The notes under the pieces are model-generated. The model was not told the origin of the DNA. It did no database searches and saw nothing but the letters and a program-made list of their open reading frames with translations. Shown here one piece after another: positions 39,046 through 51,990 of a DNA stretch of 64,000 nucleotides. Origin of the DNA: Octopus sinensis (lineage: Eukaryota); assembly GCF_006345805.1 (NCBI RefSeq), contig NC_043022.1, positions 5,828,001-5,892,000 of the forward strand. Reading direction: 5' to 3'. A program made the position numbers and the translations under genes. Position 1 is the first letter of the stretch; every line of letters begins with the position of its first letter.

Positions 39046-39316
39046 AAAAACGTAGAGGGTGAAAGAATGGGAGTAAAGGACGGGTGGGTGGGTGAAAGAC
39101 ATATAGATAGATAGAGAGAGAGAAAGAGAATGAGAGAAGGAGAGAGGGAGAGAGAAAGAGAGAAAGAATAAAGAGACAGACGTAGATGGGGAAAGAATGA
39201 GAGCTAGATATAAAGAGAGAGGGAGGGAAATAGAGAAGTAAAGAAATAGAAGAAAGGTGAAAGAATGAAGCTGGGAATAGATAGAGAGATAAAGAGAGAG
39301 GGGGAGAGGGGAGAGG

Positions 39317-39416
39317 NNNNNNNNNNNNNNNNNNNNNNNNNNNNNNNNNNNNNNNNNNNNNNNNNNNNNNNNNNNNNNNNNNNNNNNNNNNNNNNNNNNN
39401 NNNNNNNNNNNNNNNN
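39317..39416. other. Assembly gap (100 N)
   Basis: Run of N. Confidence 1.
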
Positions 39417-39690
39417 GGTCGAAAAATCAAGTACCAGTTGCATACTGGGGTCAATCTAATTGCCTGGCCCCTTCCACAAAAATTTCAGGAAAGCATCGTT
39501 AGCATATCAGACAAAATACTTAACAACATTTTTTCTGGTTTCATGTTCCAAGTTCAAATTCCTCAGAATTCGACTTCACCTTTTATCCTTTCAGGGTCAA
39601 CAGAATAGGTACCAGTTGTGCGCTGGGGTTGATGTAATTGATTAAACTGCAAAAATTTCAAGTTTTGTGTCTACAGTAGAAAAGATTATT
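39417..39690 (+). mobile_element. Two tandem SINE A2 fragments
   Basis: aagtaccagttgcatactggggtc... repeated; (ATT) tail. Confidence 0.7.
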
Positions 39691-39859
39691 ATTGTTATTA
39701 TGTTGTGGAGTCTTTATTCTTTGTTTATATACACTGGGATATATATATATATATATATAACAAAGGGTAAAATTAATTAATTAAGAAGTAATCAATAATT
39801 TCACCAAGTAGATTCGGCATGAAAAAGGAAACATCTCACGGTAAACTGACGTAATACCG

Positions 39860-40063
39860 AATAATTAGGGTTCAGCAAAGATTTGCTGTACCACATACTG
39901 AGTTTAGAAATAGCAGCCAAAACCTTAGCTATTTCTTCTACTTTAAAAGGGCTCCCAGAGAAACCAAAATACTTTTTAAAGTAGAAGAAATAGCTAAGGT
40001 TTTGGCTGCTATTTCTAAACTTTGGTATGTGGTAAAGCAAATCTTTGCTGAACCCTAATTATT
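39860..40063. repeat. Fold-back inverted repeat, ~90-bp arms, 25-nt spacer
   Basis: Arms 39860-39948 and 39974-40063, differing at about 4 positions. Confidence 0.92.
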
Positions 40064-40089
40064 AAGTATTATATATATATATGTATTAT

Positions 40090-40345
40090 ATATTGTTATA
40101 TTTCGGAATGGTCATATTGCCAGTTTAGCCAATAAAAACACACGCACTATATATTTGGTGTTATTTTGCTTCAGTGATATTTATTTTTTACATTAATCTT
40201 AATCTTATTTCGGCCAAATATATAGTGCGTGTGTTTTTATTGGCTAAACTGGCAATATGACCATTCCGAAATATAACAATATCTGTTTCAACACACGACT
40301 TCACATAAAAAATCTTGCACAACAAATATTTAAACGTATATATAT
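40090..40345 (-). mobile_element. TA-flanked fold-back element with perfect 69-bp arms (40090-40158 / 40214-40282)
   Basis: Exact reverse complement arms; second copy in opposite orientation at 61700-61950. Confidence 0.9.
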
Positions 40346-40559
40346 GTATATACATACACACATAGACACATGCATGTGTGTGTGTGTGTGTGTATGAAGT
40401 CTAGACATTTTTGTGTGGGTCCATAAAAACATGCAGAAAATGTCTGAGAATGTGTGTGTGTGTGTGTGTGTGATAGGGAGCAACATGAGGTTGGATGTTA
40501 TTGGAAAGGAAAAGTGGAAGGAACGGAAGGAGGGAAGAGAAGCGAAACAAACAACAAGA

Positions 40560-41145
40560 CTGGATCCAACTGACAACGGTCAATAAACGAGAGAGCGTTG
40601 TGTTGGCTGGCAGCACCTCACTGCAACAGTCTTTGACAGTCAAACACGTCTCCTCCTCCTCCTCCACACTGTTGTGCCTGCATTCTTCTCTCTCTCTCTC
40701 TCTCTCCTCTCGTTCTCCCGTTCCCACCCAGCCACCCACCCCTTCCCACCAGTTACATATTTCGACTGTTGCCTTCTCTCCGCTGCTATTGTCATTGTCA
40801 GCCAGCAGTAGTGCTACCTCCGCTGCCGACAACGCCGCCGCCACCACCACCACTGCCTCTGTGATGCTCAGTACCGCTGCAGCTACTGCACATCCTACTG
40901 CTGCTTCTGTTGATACTACTACTACTACTACTGCTGCTGCTGCCAACCAACGGAATGGACATTCCCTTACAACACAGTCTCCCGAGCAGGTGGCTGTCTG
41001 CTTAGGAATGTCGGCATCTTCGACTGGGTGCAGTCTGCTCTCTATGACAACCACACTGACTTCCTTGTCGAGAGAATACCTCCAGCACTGGTGACACTCT
41101 CTTCCTATCTCTATATCCGCCCATTTAGCCACCCTGACACCACAG
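40560..41145 (+). other. Putative first/5' exon of an unidentified + strand gene (start uncertain)
   Basis: Non-repeat, GC/CpG-enriched island ending in the strong donor CAG|GTAAGC at 41145/41146; no ATG-initiated ORF crosses the donor. Confidence 0.5.
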
Positions 41146-41647
41146 GTAAGCAAACTTTCTAACCGTGTTCTCACACACCCCACCAAACACCAACACCACC
41201 ACCTTCACCACCTCCACGTTTCTCTATCAACAAATAACACACACACACACATCACGGTAAATAAGAAATATTAGTCACCTAAACACATACTGCTTCAATT
41301 CTTGACTCACCTCTTTCCTTATACTCTCTCTCTCTCTCTCTCTCTCGCTCTCTCTGTGATGGTCATGGTGGGAGGGATGGTGGCGGCGTTGATTCCGATG
41401 CGATCCAAATTAACAATGGCATTCCTTTCTTCTCTTTATCTATAGATGTGGAAATTAACGTGCAAACTCCGATGATGTGCACACTCAAATGCTGGCATAT
41501 TTTACACGCACACACATATACACATGCACACATGCATATGTATATATATATACATATAATATATACACACATGCACATATATATTTATGAAAGTATGCTT
41601 GTATAATAAATGTTTATATGTAACTATATTTGCATGTGTGTGTGTAT

Positions 41648-41684
41648 ATATATGTAAAGTTAACTCTCTTATATTTATGGATCA

Positions 41685-41720
<36 letters not shown>

Positions 41721-41804
41721 AAGTTAACTCTCTTATATTTACGGATCATGTGTGTGTGTGTGTGTGTATATATATGTAAAGTTAACTCTCTTATATTTAC
41801 GGAT

Positions 41805-41844
<40 letters not shown>

Positions 41845-41872
41845 AAGTTAACTCTCTTATATTTACGGATCA

Positions 41873-41904
<32 letters not shown>

Positions 41905-41982
41905 AAGTTAACTCTCTTATATTTACGGATCATGTGTGTGTGTGTGTATATGTAAAGTTAACTCTCTTATATTTACGGATCA

Positions 41983-42016
<34 letters not shown>

Positions 42017-42045
42017 AAGTTAACTCTCTTATATTTACGGATATA
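41648..42045. repeat. 7-unit compound minisatellite: constant tatgtaaagttaactctcttatatttacggatca core with variable (TG)n spacers
   Basis: Cores at about 41650, 41713, 41772, 41838, 41898, 41948 and 42010. Confidence 0.95.
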
Positions 42046-42104
42046 TATATATATATATATATATTTGAATACATGTTTGTATGTGAGTGAGATTGTGAAT
42101 ATGT

Positions 42105-42135
<31 letters not shown>

Positions 42136-42439
42136 ATTTCATCAACAGCAACTCGTGTGGCATTGTCAACAGTAGAATTTCTGTCTTCCATTTGCCCACA
42201 TGTAGGAACATTCATTCACGCTTACGCATACATGCATGTATATATGTGTGTATGGTATGTGTGTTTGTTGTAGTACATGTCGTATATGTATGTATGTGTA
42301 ATATATATATATATATCTATTATATATGTGCGAATATATGTTTGTGTATATGTGTACATTGTGTGTGTATTTATTCATCTGTAGTTATTTATTATGTATG
42401 TATGTATTCATGTTCATATACCTTTGTATGTGTGTATAT

Positions 42440-42750
42440 AGATAGATGGATAGACAGATAGACAGACAGATAGACAAACAGACAGATAAACAGATTGATA
42501 GATAGATAGATAGATAGATAGACAGATAGATAGACAGATAGATAGATAGATAGATAGGTAGGTATGTAGGTAGATAGATAGATAGATAGAAAGATACGTA
42601 GGTATGTAGGTAGATAGATAGATAGATAGATAAATAGATAGAAAGATAGATAGATAGATAGGTAGGTATGTAGGTAGATAGATAGATAGATAGAAAGATA
42701 CGTAGGTATGTAGGTAGATAGATAGATGGATGGATGGATGGAGTGATTGA
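42440..42750. repeat. (GATA)n microsatellite
   Basis: Direct reading. Confidence 0.95.
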
Positions 42751-43629
42751 TTGGATGATAAAATCTGTATATTAAGTATACTCACGCATAAATGAATATA
42801 GACAAACACACACACACACACACCACACACACACACACACACACGTGTCTATTTTATCAAGGTGTTTCTCATGAAAAGTACACAGCATCTGGCATAATTC
42901 CACAGCTATTCCCTTCCATAGGTATTTCAGAGGGCTTTATACAGCTTTATATGCATATACATACATACATACCTACCTACATATATATATATATATATAT
43001 ATATACATACACACACACACATACATACTTGTGCAGTATCCTATTCCTTCATGTGTGTGTGTGTGTGTGTGCATGTGCGTGTCTGTGTTAGAACACCTCT
43101 CTTACAAACTTGCATTGTTCTCCCTCTTCTTCCTCCCCCCCCACACCTGCATCATTGTGTTGTTTCCCTGTTTTTATTGATCCCTTTTCCCTCTCTTGTT
43201 CCACATCTTGCCCCCTATTTCGCCCCCTTCCTCTTCTAATTACCATCAGCACTTCTGCCAGCCAAGTCTAACAAGAGAATCTCTTTCTCCCTCCCTCTCT
43301 CTTTCTCTCTTACTCTCTCTTTCTCTCTTACTCTCTCTCTCTCCCTCTCTCTGGTCGATGGACCTGCTATCAAACAAATATAAAAAGAAATAGCAGCCAA
43401 ACTTCCCTCAAAGCTCTACCCAACCCTGTTTATTTTTCATGCTGTATGTTTCTCTATCTAGATAGACTTTTCCACAAACCAGACATGATGGTCACAGCCT
43501 GATTGGTTTTGATCAACAAGCTCTGCTGGACCAGGAATGACTCGGGTTTAAATAACAGCAACAACATTGACACTAAATTGCTGTTGTTCTTGTTTGTAGG
43601 GAGGGAACGACCCTTTAGATATATATATA

Positions 43630-43860
43630 TGTACTTCTTTCTTTCTTTCTTTCTTTCTCTCTTTCTTTCTTTCTTCCTTTCTCTCTTTCTTTCTTCCTTC
43701 CTTTCTTTCTTTCTTTCTTTTTTCCTCCCTTCCTTTCTTTCTTCCTTTTTCCTTCCTTCCTTCCTTTCTTTCTTTCCTTCTTTTCCTTCTGTTCTTCCTT
43801 CCTTTCTTCCTTCCTTCTTCCTTCCTTCCTTCCTTCCTTTCTTTCTGCCCCCCCCCTTTC
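43630..43860. repeat. (TTTC/TTCC)n tract
   Basis: Direct reading. Confidence 0.95.
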
Positions 43861-43979
43861 AGATTCTACTAAATTAATTCATTTATTCAATTCCTCTCTC
43901 ATTTTCCATTCAACTTTCTCCATTTTGTTTCGAAACATCTTTTATTCAGTTCTAAAATGTATTTTATTGCATGTTCTTG

Positions 43980-44660
43980 TTGTTGTTGTTTAACCCAAGG
44001 CCAACTCTGAATGAACAGGCCTACAATGAAAGGCATTCCAGCCTTGGCCATCCTGTCATTTTGTATACTTGTGCAGAGCTACATTATCCACTGAGTCTTT
44101 TCCTTTCCCCAAGATGGTAGGATGCAATTAGAGGGTGATCTGGCTGCTATTTCTAACAAGCTGAATGACCCTATACAAGCTTGCTACTCTGTTGCAAATT
44201 TCTTTCAAAGTCCAGATGTGTTGTTGTTATGGTTTAGCCCCAGGTGAACCATGATCAGGCATTTCAGTGAACAAGATGCTACAGCCATGACCATCACCAC
44301 CACCACTCACGAGGATTATATTATCAAATGTGTCCTGTTTTAAGGTAGATGGATTTGTGATTTGAGTAAGATTTAGCTGCTATTTCTCACAGGTCAAGAG
44401 ACTAACATGTATTTTTTTTTAATTAATTACTTAGGTGTTGATGGGTGGTCCCTTTTTGGGGTTCTAGTGTACTGATGTTGTGTTCTGTTACAGTCTACAC
44501 ATCACTAACAGCTGAGCCTATACATAGTAACTCGACATGCTAGAAATAGCAGATAACACATTGAACAAAATAATCCTTGACATATGAATACACCAGCTGG
44601 TCATGGTTGGAATGTCTGTGATCACAGGTTTGCTCAATCAGGTTATATGTTCAGTAGATA
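43980..44660. mobile_element. Several diverged copies of a further dispersed repeat (ttggctgctatttct core)
   Basis: Core recurs near 43390(-), 44140, 44375, 44540(-) and 56375; class not determined. Confidence 0.5.
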
Positions 44661-44963
44661 AAGCAACACTGCTAAATCTCCAGGAAGTGGTAACCGAGAA
44701 AAACTCAAACAAAACCCCTACCTGGATCACTACCCTAAAACCCTGGTTGTAGGTTTTCCCTGACCTTTCAAGGTCCTGGAAAGGTTACACCAATGGTTCT
44801 CAACCATTAAAACACCCACTTCCTCTGCTTTATTCTATAGACTGTTCGTGCACTTTTTCTCCACTTTTTCTGATGAGTTTTCTTGCACTTCAGCATTGTA
44901 TACAATAAGTTCCTCATCATCATCATCATCATCATCATTATTATTATTATTATTATTATTATT

Positions 44964-45195
44964 AAAGGTGGTGAGCTGGCAGAATCATTAGCATGCTGGA
45001 TGAAATGCTATGTTATGTTCTGAGTTCAAATTCCACTGAAGTCGACTTTACATTTCCTCATTTTGGGGTTGATAAAATAAGTACCAGTTGAACATTGGAG
45101 CCGATGTAATTGACTTTATCCCGTCCCCCAAGCTGCCCTTGTGGCAAAAATTTGAAATCATTACTATTATTATTATTATTATTATTATTATTATG
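44964..45195 (+). mobile_element. SINE family A2 with (ATT)n tail
   Basis: Similarity to other A copies. Confidence 0.8.
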
Positions 45196-45349
45196 TTGAT
45201 TCTACATGACCCCTAAAAAGTCAGGATGGTCACAGTTGGAGCGTTATTGATTATAGGTCTGCTTGAGTCAGGGATGACTTAACAGCTAAACTTTTGAAAC
45301 CTTATGAAATCCCTTATAATTCACTGAATTCCCCACAAAATCCCATTAT

Positions 45350-45700
45350 CATTATCATCTAATATCTGTTTTCCATGCTGGTAAGGGTTGGACAATTTGA
45401 CAGGGGCTGTTTGACAGGTTGACAGTTTGACAGTTGGACAGTGTGAAAAGTTCCAGTTGTCTGTGTTCATTTGGCATCTACGACTGGATGGCCTTCCTAA
45501 TGCCAAACACTTTACAGAGTGTTTTAGGTGCACACACACACACACACACAATGGGCTTCCAGGCAGTTTCCGTCGGCCAGATCCATTCACAAGGTTTTGG
45601 TCAGCCCAGGGCCCTAGAAGAAAACACTTGCCTAAAGTGATGCAGAGTGGGACCAAAACTGGAACAATTTAGTTTGGAAGTAAACTTCTTTACCACGTGA
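45350..45700 (-). mobile_element. Degenerate family D (45350-45530) followed by SINE B 5' half (45550-45700)
   Basis: Diagnostic motifs, reverse strand. Confidence 0.65.
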
Positions 45701-46074
45701 CCCTACGTCCACCTTGCCTAAATATCAGTCAAAAAATGGGTGGAGGTGGGCATGGATAAGTCCAACCAAACCTCTCCCTCATAAGATCCATCCCTTCCTG
45801 ACTGTTAAATTATCAAACATGACTCCTATCGTCAACCCTCAACTTGCTTTTGAAACACAATCCCTTCTTCCTTTCTCCCAGAGTCTACTCACCAATTCTG
45901 ATTACATTTCTTCCAAATCTAGATGGCCACCACAAAAACTCGGTAACAACGGAACCAAGACAATCCACCTTCAACTGCAATATTAGAGATTGCTTTCTTT
46001 TAGTCTGAACCACTTTCAAAGGGGGTGGCCCTGGTGCCTAGGGATTCCTTTGAAGACCTGCTCAAATGGGAGGA

Positions 46075-46395
46075 ATCAGTGGTTAGAGTGTTCGGATCAC
46101 AATCAGGAGGTAGTGAGTTCGATTCCTGGATCAGGCTGTGTGTTGTGTTCTTGAGCAAGACACTTTACTTCACGTTGCTCCAGTTCACTCAGCTGTAGAA
46201 ATGAGTTGTGCCAAGCTGTATCGGCCCCTTTGCCTTTCCCTTGGATAACATCAGTGGTGTGGAGAAGGGAGGCTGGTATGCATGGGCAACTGCTGGTCTT
46301 CCATAAGCAACCTTGCCTGGACTTTTGCCCCGGAGGGTAACTTTCTAGGTGCAATCCCATGGTCATTCATGACTGAAAGTGGTCCTTACCCTTTT
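46075..46395 (+). mobile_element. SINE family C1
   Basis: Similarity to 20416-20756. Confidence 0.85.
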
Positions 46396-47579
46396 AGGTG
46401 GAATCACAACAGCTGATATTTAAAATGTAAATTGAGGTCTGGAGGAAGAATGTGAATTCCAGGGTGCAGATGAGGAAAAACTTTAGCACGGGGATCGGTA
46501 GAGACAATCAAAGTGATGAGAGGAAGGAAAGAAAAGGACATTGGATGGATGTGGGTGGAGGATGTACTCATTGGAGGAGGAGGAGGAGGAGCAGAGATGG
46601 CGGTTATAGTAGTGATCTTGATTATAGCAGTAGTAGTGGTTGGTGGTGGTAGTAGTTGTAGTAGTAATAGTAGTAGTGAAGGCAGCAGCAATAGTTGTAG
46701 TAGTAGTAGTTGAAGAAACAAAGAGGAAATACAGTACTAGATATGGCGTTTTGTCTACACCTTATTTAATCCTCATGGTCCCATCACAGTGATAGGGATA
46801 TGACATGGATGGATCAGGCCACAGGCAGTTACCCTGGATGCTAAGTTCTTAGGGGCACAAAATTTCATGTATTCTCTTAGCAGTCCTTATTTTGCCCAAA
46901 GTACTGGCCACTACCCATACTACGCCACTGCCCATACTACGCCACTACCCATACTACGCCACTGCCCAGTTTATCTGCCCACCCCTCTTACTATTAGAAA
47001 TGCTGGTTTGAAATGTTTATGTACCAATGGGACTGTCCCCTCTGTGTATGCAGCCCCTCAATGTTGAGCTTAGGTTTTCTTTTGATCTTTAGGGATGGTC
47101 ATTAGCTGATCTAGGCTGGAGTGTGTTCAGGACCTAAATATCTTCAGGATGCAATTTCCTGCAGGGTTCGACCTCAATGATCTTTTCTACACACATTTGG
47201 GTGACATTAAAGCCAAAAACCCACGACAAATAAACATCTGCAAACCTTAGAAAACATTACACCCTGTCACATTAAACAGTTTATATCTGTTGCCTTTTTT
47301 TGTGAGTCATACGACTCCGGCAACAACATGTCTTATGTCTCACGAAAGCACATCTCAACATTTCTGTCAACCCATATGGGTCCTTCCAACTTCATGTTAA
47401 TTGTCCTTTATTAAAAACATTGTTTCTTCTTCTCTTTGAGCCAAACACACACACACACCAATGAAGGATCTTGTACATGGTTACTCAACCAGCAAGAAAC
47501 AGCAGCCAAACCATTTTTTAAATGACTCCCTAACAACATGTAAAGGGAGAGAGTGGTAGTAAATGAATGGGGGGGCAGT

Positions 47580-48270
47580 AGTATGTAGTGTATTGCTACG
47601 TTCACCATTTTTTGTTGATTCCCTTCTTCTCCAGGCAGAGGACCTTTGCACCATTCTGGTGACAACCCTTCGACCCATGGCTCTGTTTTCGGTTGTTCTT
47701 GCTGGCCAGAGTTTTACGAGGTCAGAGTGCAAATCCTCTCTCAACCTTTTTTAGTCACCTTCTACAACACAAATGTCTGTTCTTTGACATGCTGGTCCCC
47801 ACACAGAATGTATGTAAATGTATGTGTAAATATTTATACATATGTGTAGTAGTAGTAGTAGTAGTGGTGGTGGTGGTGGTGGTGGTGGTGGTGGTGGTGG
47901 GTGGTGGTGGTGGTGGTAGTAGTGGTGGTGGTGGTGGTGGTGGTGGTAGTAGTGGTGGTGGTGGTGGTGGTGGTAGTAGTAGTAGTAGTATGGGGGAAAT
48001 GCACAATAACAGAGTGTCACTGCATTTGCCATTTGTTGGTGACTCCCTAATCCTGGTAGACGACACCTTTGCACCATTCTGGTGACAACTGCCCCACCCC
48101 CACCCGACTCATGGGTATGTTTGTGGGGGTAGTTGTTGCCAGTGAGGGTTTTATGAGGCTGGTGGGCAAATCCTAGCTGTGCCTCTTTTAGTCACCCTTT
48201 ACAACACACAGAAGAAATGTTGGGCCCCTTCTTCGGCATGCGCGTCCCCACACAGCACAAAAGGGAGAGA
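47580..48270 (-). mobile_element. Two diverged tandem copies of another SINE-like repeat, separated by a (GGT)n tract
   Basis: acctttgcaccattctggtgacaac...tttagtcacc..tacaacaca...ccccacacag at ~47640-47807 and ~48065-48255. Confidence 0.6.
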
Positions 48271-48719
48271 CATGCTAGATGAGGTAGTCCGAGATACGCA
48301 ATTCCCAAGAGAAAGATTCAATGATCATGATTGAAGTACCTTTGATCATAGGCCTTCTCATTCAAAACTGTCCTTGGGCTAAACAGCAAAAGTAATCGTG
48401 TTTAATCCAGACATTGTGTTGGTCTGGCAATCACCTTTAAGAAGCCAAAATGTAACAACAGTCCAAATCTATTCGTTAATTAAAATCTTTAATTAATTCG
48501 GTGGAAACACTGCGAAATACTGATATACTGCAATATGTAGCCAGGTGTGTCACAAATAGAATTATTAAACGCATGTAAAATACAGAGAGAAATTCTATTT
48601 CATTAATTAACTTACAAAGTAACGTTTAATGACATTTTGAAGTGTATTTATATTATAATTTAGATAATTATATTTATAGGTTTTAACTATTTTAATAGAT
48701 TTGTCAAAAAATATATTTC

Positions 48720-48875
48720 AATGGGCTTCTTTTTCTGTTTCCGTCTACCAAATCAACTCACAAGGCTTCTGTTGGCCCAAGGCTATACTAGAAGACACTT
48801 GCCCAAGGTTCCACGCAGTGGGACTGAACCCAGAACCATGTGGTTGGGAGGCAAGCTTCTTACCACACAGACATG
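48720..48875 (-). mobile_element. SINE family B, 5' half
   Basis: Reverse head and CORE-like segment. Confidence 0.8.
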
Positions 48876-49480
48876 CCAGTTTTGTGATTGATTGCTTTTA
48901 CTGTAGTTAAGGAGCTCAATCTGCCCTTATGAAAATTTATTTAATCCATGGATAGGACCCTGACCTGTACTACTCTTCTGGGGTCAGAACAGATCTGGGA
49001 GTTATGGTAATTAAGGGGGTGACTCCAGAACTCCCCATCTGGAGTTTCAACACCAGAAGCAGTTTAATGTCAAACCCAGGTAATTTTCCCCTGTGGTCAA
49101 AAACGAAAACTAGGATGGATACCTTGGAAAATGTTGTTTCAGACACCTTAGGCAAGAACTCAGACAGAATGGTCATGTTTGGAGTGTTTTTGATCAGAGC
49201 TTGTTTGGAGATGAATGATGACAACAATGATTTCGTGCTAGCAATAATAGTTTGCATGTGTGCGCGTGTGTGTGTGTGTGTAAGTATGTGTGTGTATGTG
49301 CATGTGTGTGTGTGTGTGTAAGTATGTGTGTGTGTAAGTATGTGTGTGTATGTGTAAGTATGTGTGTGTATGTGTGTGTGTGTGTAAGTATGTGTGTGTA
49401 TGTGCGCGTGTGTGTGTGTGTGTATGTGCATGTGTGTGTATGTGTGTGTGTGCGTGTGTGTGTGTGGTGTGTGTGTGTGT

Positions 49481-49705
49481 GTACACCTTTCACATCCCCC
49501 CCCCTCAACTCAAACTCCGATGTCTTGAAAACAAGTTGCATTAGATCCTATGCAGTATTAGGTATATCAAAAAGAACAGGGTGGGCATGGTCGGGGTGCT
49601 TTTGATAACAGAGGTATGTTTGAAGCTGTAACAATAAATACCTACAACGGCAATAACAACAACAGCATCATCGTATCTACGATGCAACAGACCCATTAAT
49701 ATCAC
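49481..49705 (+). repeat. ~225-bp segment duplicated at 52687-52908
   Basis: Near-identical sequence, both copies preceded by (GT)n. Confidence 0.95.
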
Positions 49706-50103
49706 CAGATATCACCCAAACAATTCAGTGAAAAGACAGCATTTAGCTTAACAAAAGGTAATATCCTCAGTGTGTGTGTGTGTGTGTATGAGGTGAGTGT
49801 GTACGTATATACATGTCTGTATGTGTGTGTGTGTGTTTATATTCACCCTACCTGCACCTACTCTATGTCACATGAATGGAATTCCAATCTCTTCTTACTC
49901 TAATAACACTTTTCTCTCTCTCTCTCTCTCTCCCCATCGCCACACACACATATTTGTCTCTGTCTACCTGTCTGTACTTCAATAAATACAGGAAATGGTT
50001 CTTGTATTGTAATCTCTATGCAGGTATGTGCATTGTGCATGCATGCACGCACACACATGCATGCATGCATTTAATAGACCTAATACACATAATAGACAAT
50101 ACA

Positions 50104-50137
<34 letters not shown>

Positions 50138-50528
50138 GGCGCAGGAGTGGCTGTGTGGTAAGTAGCTTCCTTACCAACCACATGGTTCCGAGTTCAGTCC
50201 CACTGCATGGCACCTTGGGCAAGTGTCTTCTGCTATAGCCTCGGGCCAACCAATGCCTTGTGAGTGGATTTGGTAGACGGAAACTGAAAGAAGCCCATCG
50301 TATATATGTATATATATATGTGTGTGCGTGTGTTTGTGCCCCTAGCATTGCTTGACAACCGATGCTGGTGTGTTTATGTCCCCGTTACTTAGCGGTTTGG
50401 CAAAAGAGACCGATAGAATAAGTACAGGGCTTACGAAGAATAAGTGCCAGGGTTGAGTTGCTCGATTAAAGGCGGTGCTCCAGCATGGCTGCAGTCACAT
50501 GACTGTAACAAGTAAAAGAGTAAAAGAT
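50138..50528 (+). mobile_element. SINE family B, full length
   Basis: Complete head, CORE-like segment, microsatellite and tail. Confidence 0.92.
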
Positions 50529-50821
50529 ATATATGTATATATATATATACACATACGCACAGGAGTATAACTATTACGTTTCCACACTGGAATATCTGAC
50601 CCCAAATCACAACCAAGGAATTATATTTGTCTCCCAGTGCAACAGTTTTGTAAACCCCCTGGAATTATTAACTGACTTTGAGCATATCAGGTGACCATGC
50701 TGGATGGGGGTAGGGTGGCACAGTACCTTCTAAATCTTATAAAAACCCTGCTGTGGCTAATAATTGTATGGGTGTGAAGTTTGAACCGTAAGGGTGATTG
50801 ACACCAAGTGAGTGAGGGTGG

Positions 50822-51320
50822 TGTGGAGGTGCATAGCTTAGTGGTTAGGGATGTTGGACTCGTGAACATAAGATTGTGGTTTCAATCCCTGGAGCAGGTG
50901 ACACGTTGTGTTCTTGAGCAAGACACTTCATTTCACATTGTTCCAGTCCACTCAACTGGCAAAAGGGAGTCATCCTAAGAGGGACTAGCATCCTATCCAG
51001 GTGGGGAATTTATACGCCGTGAAACCAAGAACCTGGTCCTCATGAGTCGGCATAACTCAAGGAGGTAATTTTACTTCTACTGTAGAGTTACATGGCTTAG
51101 TGGTTAGGGTGTTGGACTCATGATCATAAGATTGCGGTTTCAATTCCTGGACTGGGCGATGCGTTGTGTTCTTGAGCAAGACACTTTGTTTCACATTGCT
51201 CCAGTCCACTCAGCTGGCAAAAGTGAGTTATCCAGCGAGGGACTGGCATCCTATCCAGGTGGAGAATTCATACGGCATGGAAACAGGAAACCGGTCCCTC
51301 TGAGCTGGCATGACTGAAGA
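50822..51320 (+). mobile_element. Two tandem SINE C3 copies
   Basis: tggcttagtggttagggtgttggactcatgatc... repeated at ~50830 and ~51090. Confidence 0.8.
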
Positions 51321-51669
51321 GGGTGGTTGAAGAGGACGTGTTGCTGTCAGGCATTGTGTTTAGGGTTAGGGCAACACCCTTGGATGATTCAGTTCTGAAG
51401 GAGACGAGAGGGAATTTGAAAAGTAGGGACAATGGTCAGTCAATGAAAACTGTGATGTTTATTAGGGATCAGAATCACTGTAGCTATGTCTTTAGGGGCT
51501 GGGCATATGGAAATCGGTCTTGCAGTTGACAAACGTGGAGGGATTGCATCGAGGCTGAACAGGGAGGACCCAGGCAGAGTGTAGCTTCAGCATGAGTCCG
51601 CAGTGAGTGGTGGTCATATCTGAGGGCCCCTTTCATACTCCTCAACCATGAAGATGGTTGAGTGAAGAC

Positions 51670-51990
51670 CCATGGCTTAGTGGTTAGGGTGTTCAGCTGA
51701 CAGTTGTAAAGTCATGAGTTCAATTCTCAGTGGCACATTGTGTCCTTGAGCAAGACACTTTATTCCACATTGCTCCAGTACACTCAGCTGGCAAAAGATA
51801 AGTTGTACCTGTAATCCAAAGGGGCCAACCTTGTCACATTCCATGTCACACTAAGTCTCCTTAAGAACTACATTAAGGGTACACGTGTCTGTGGAGTACT
51901 CAACCACTTGCACATTAATTCCCCAAGCAGGCTGTTCCGTTAATCAGATCAACTGAAACACTCGCCCTCATAAACAACGGAATACCAGTT
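51670..51990 (+). mobile_element. SINE family C2
   Basis: Homologous to 11623-11946. Confidence 0.8.

Noticed and set aside
41648-42045. CRISPR-like repeat-spacer array
   Set aside because: Spacers are plain (TG)n microsatellites, the context is eukaryotic, and there are no cas genes.
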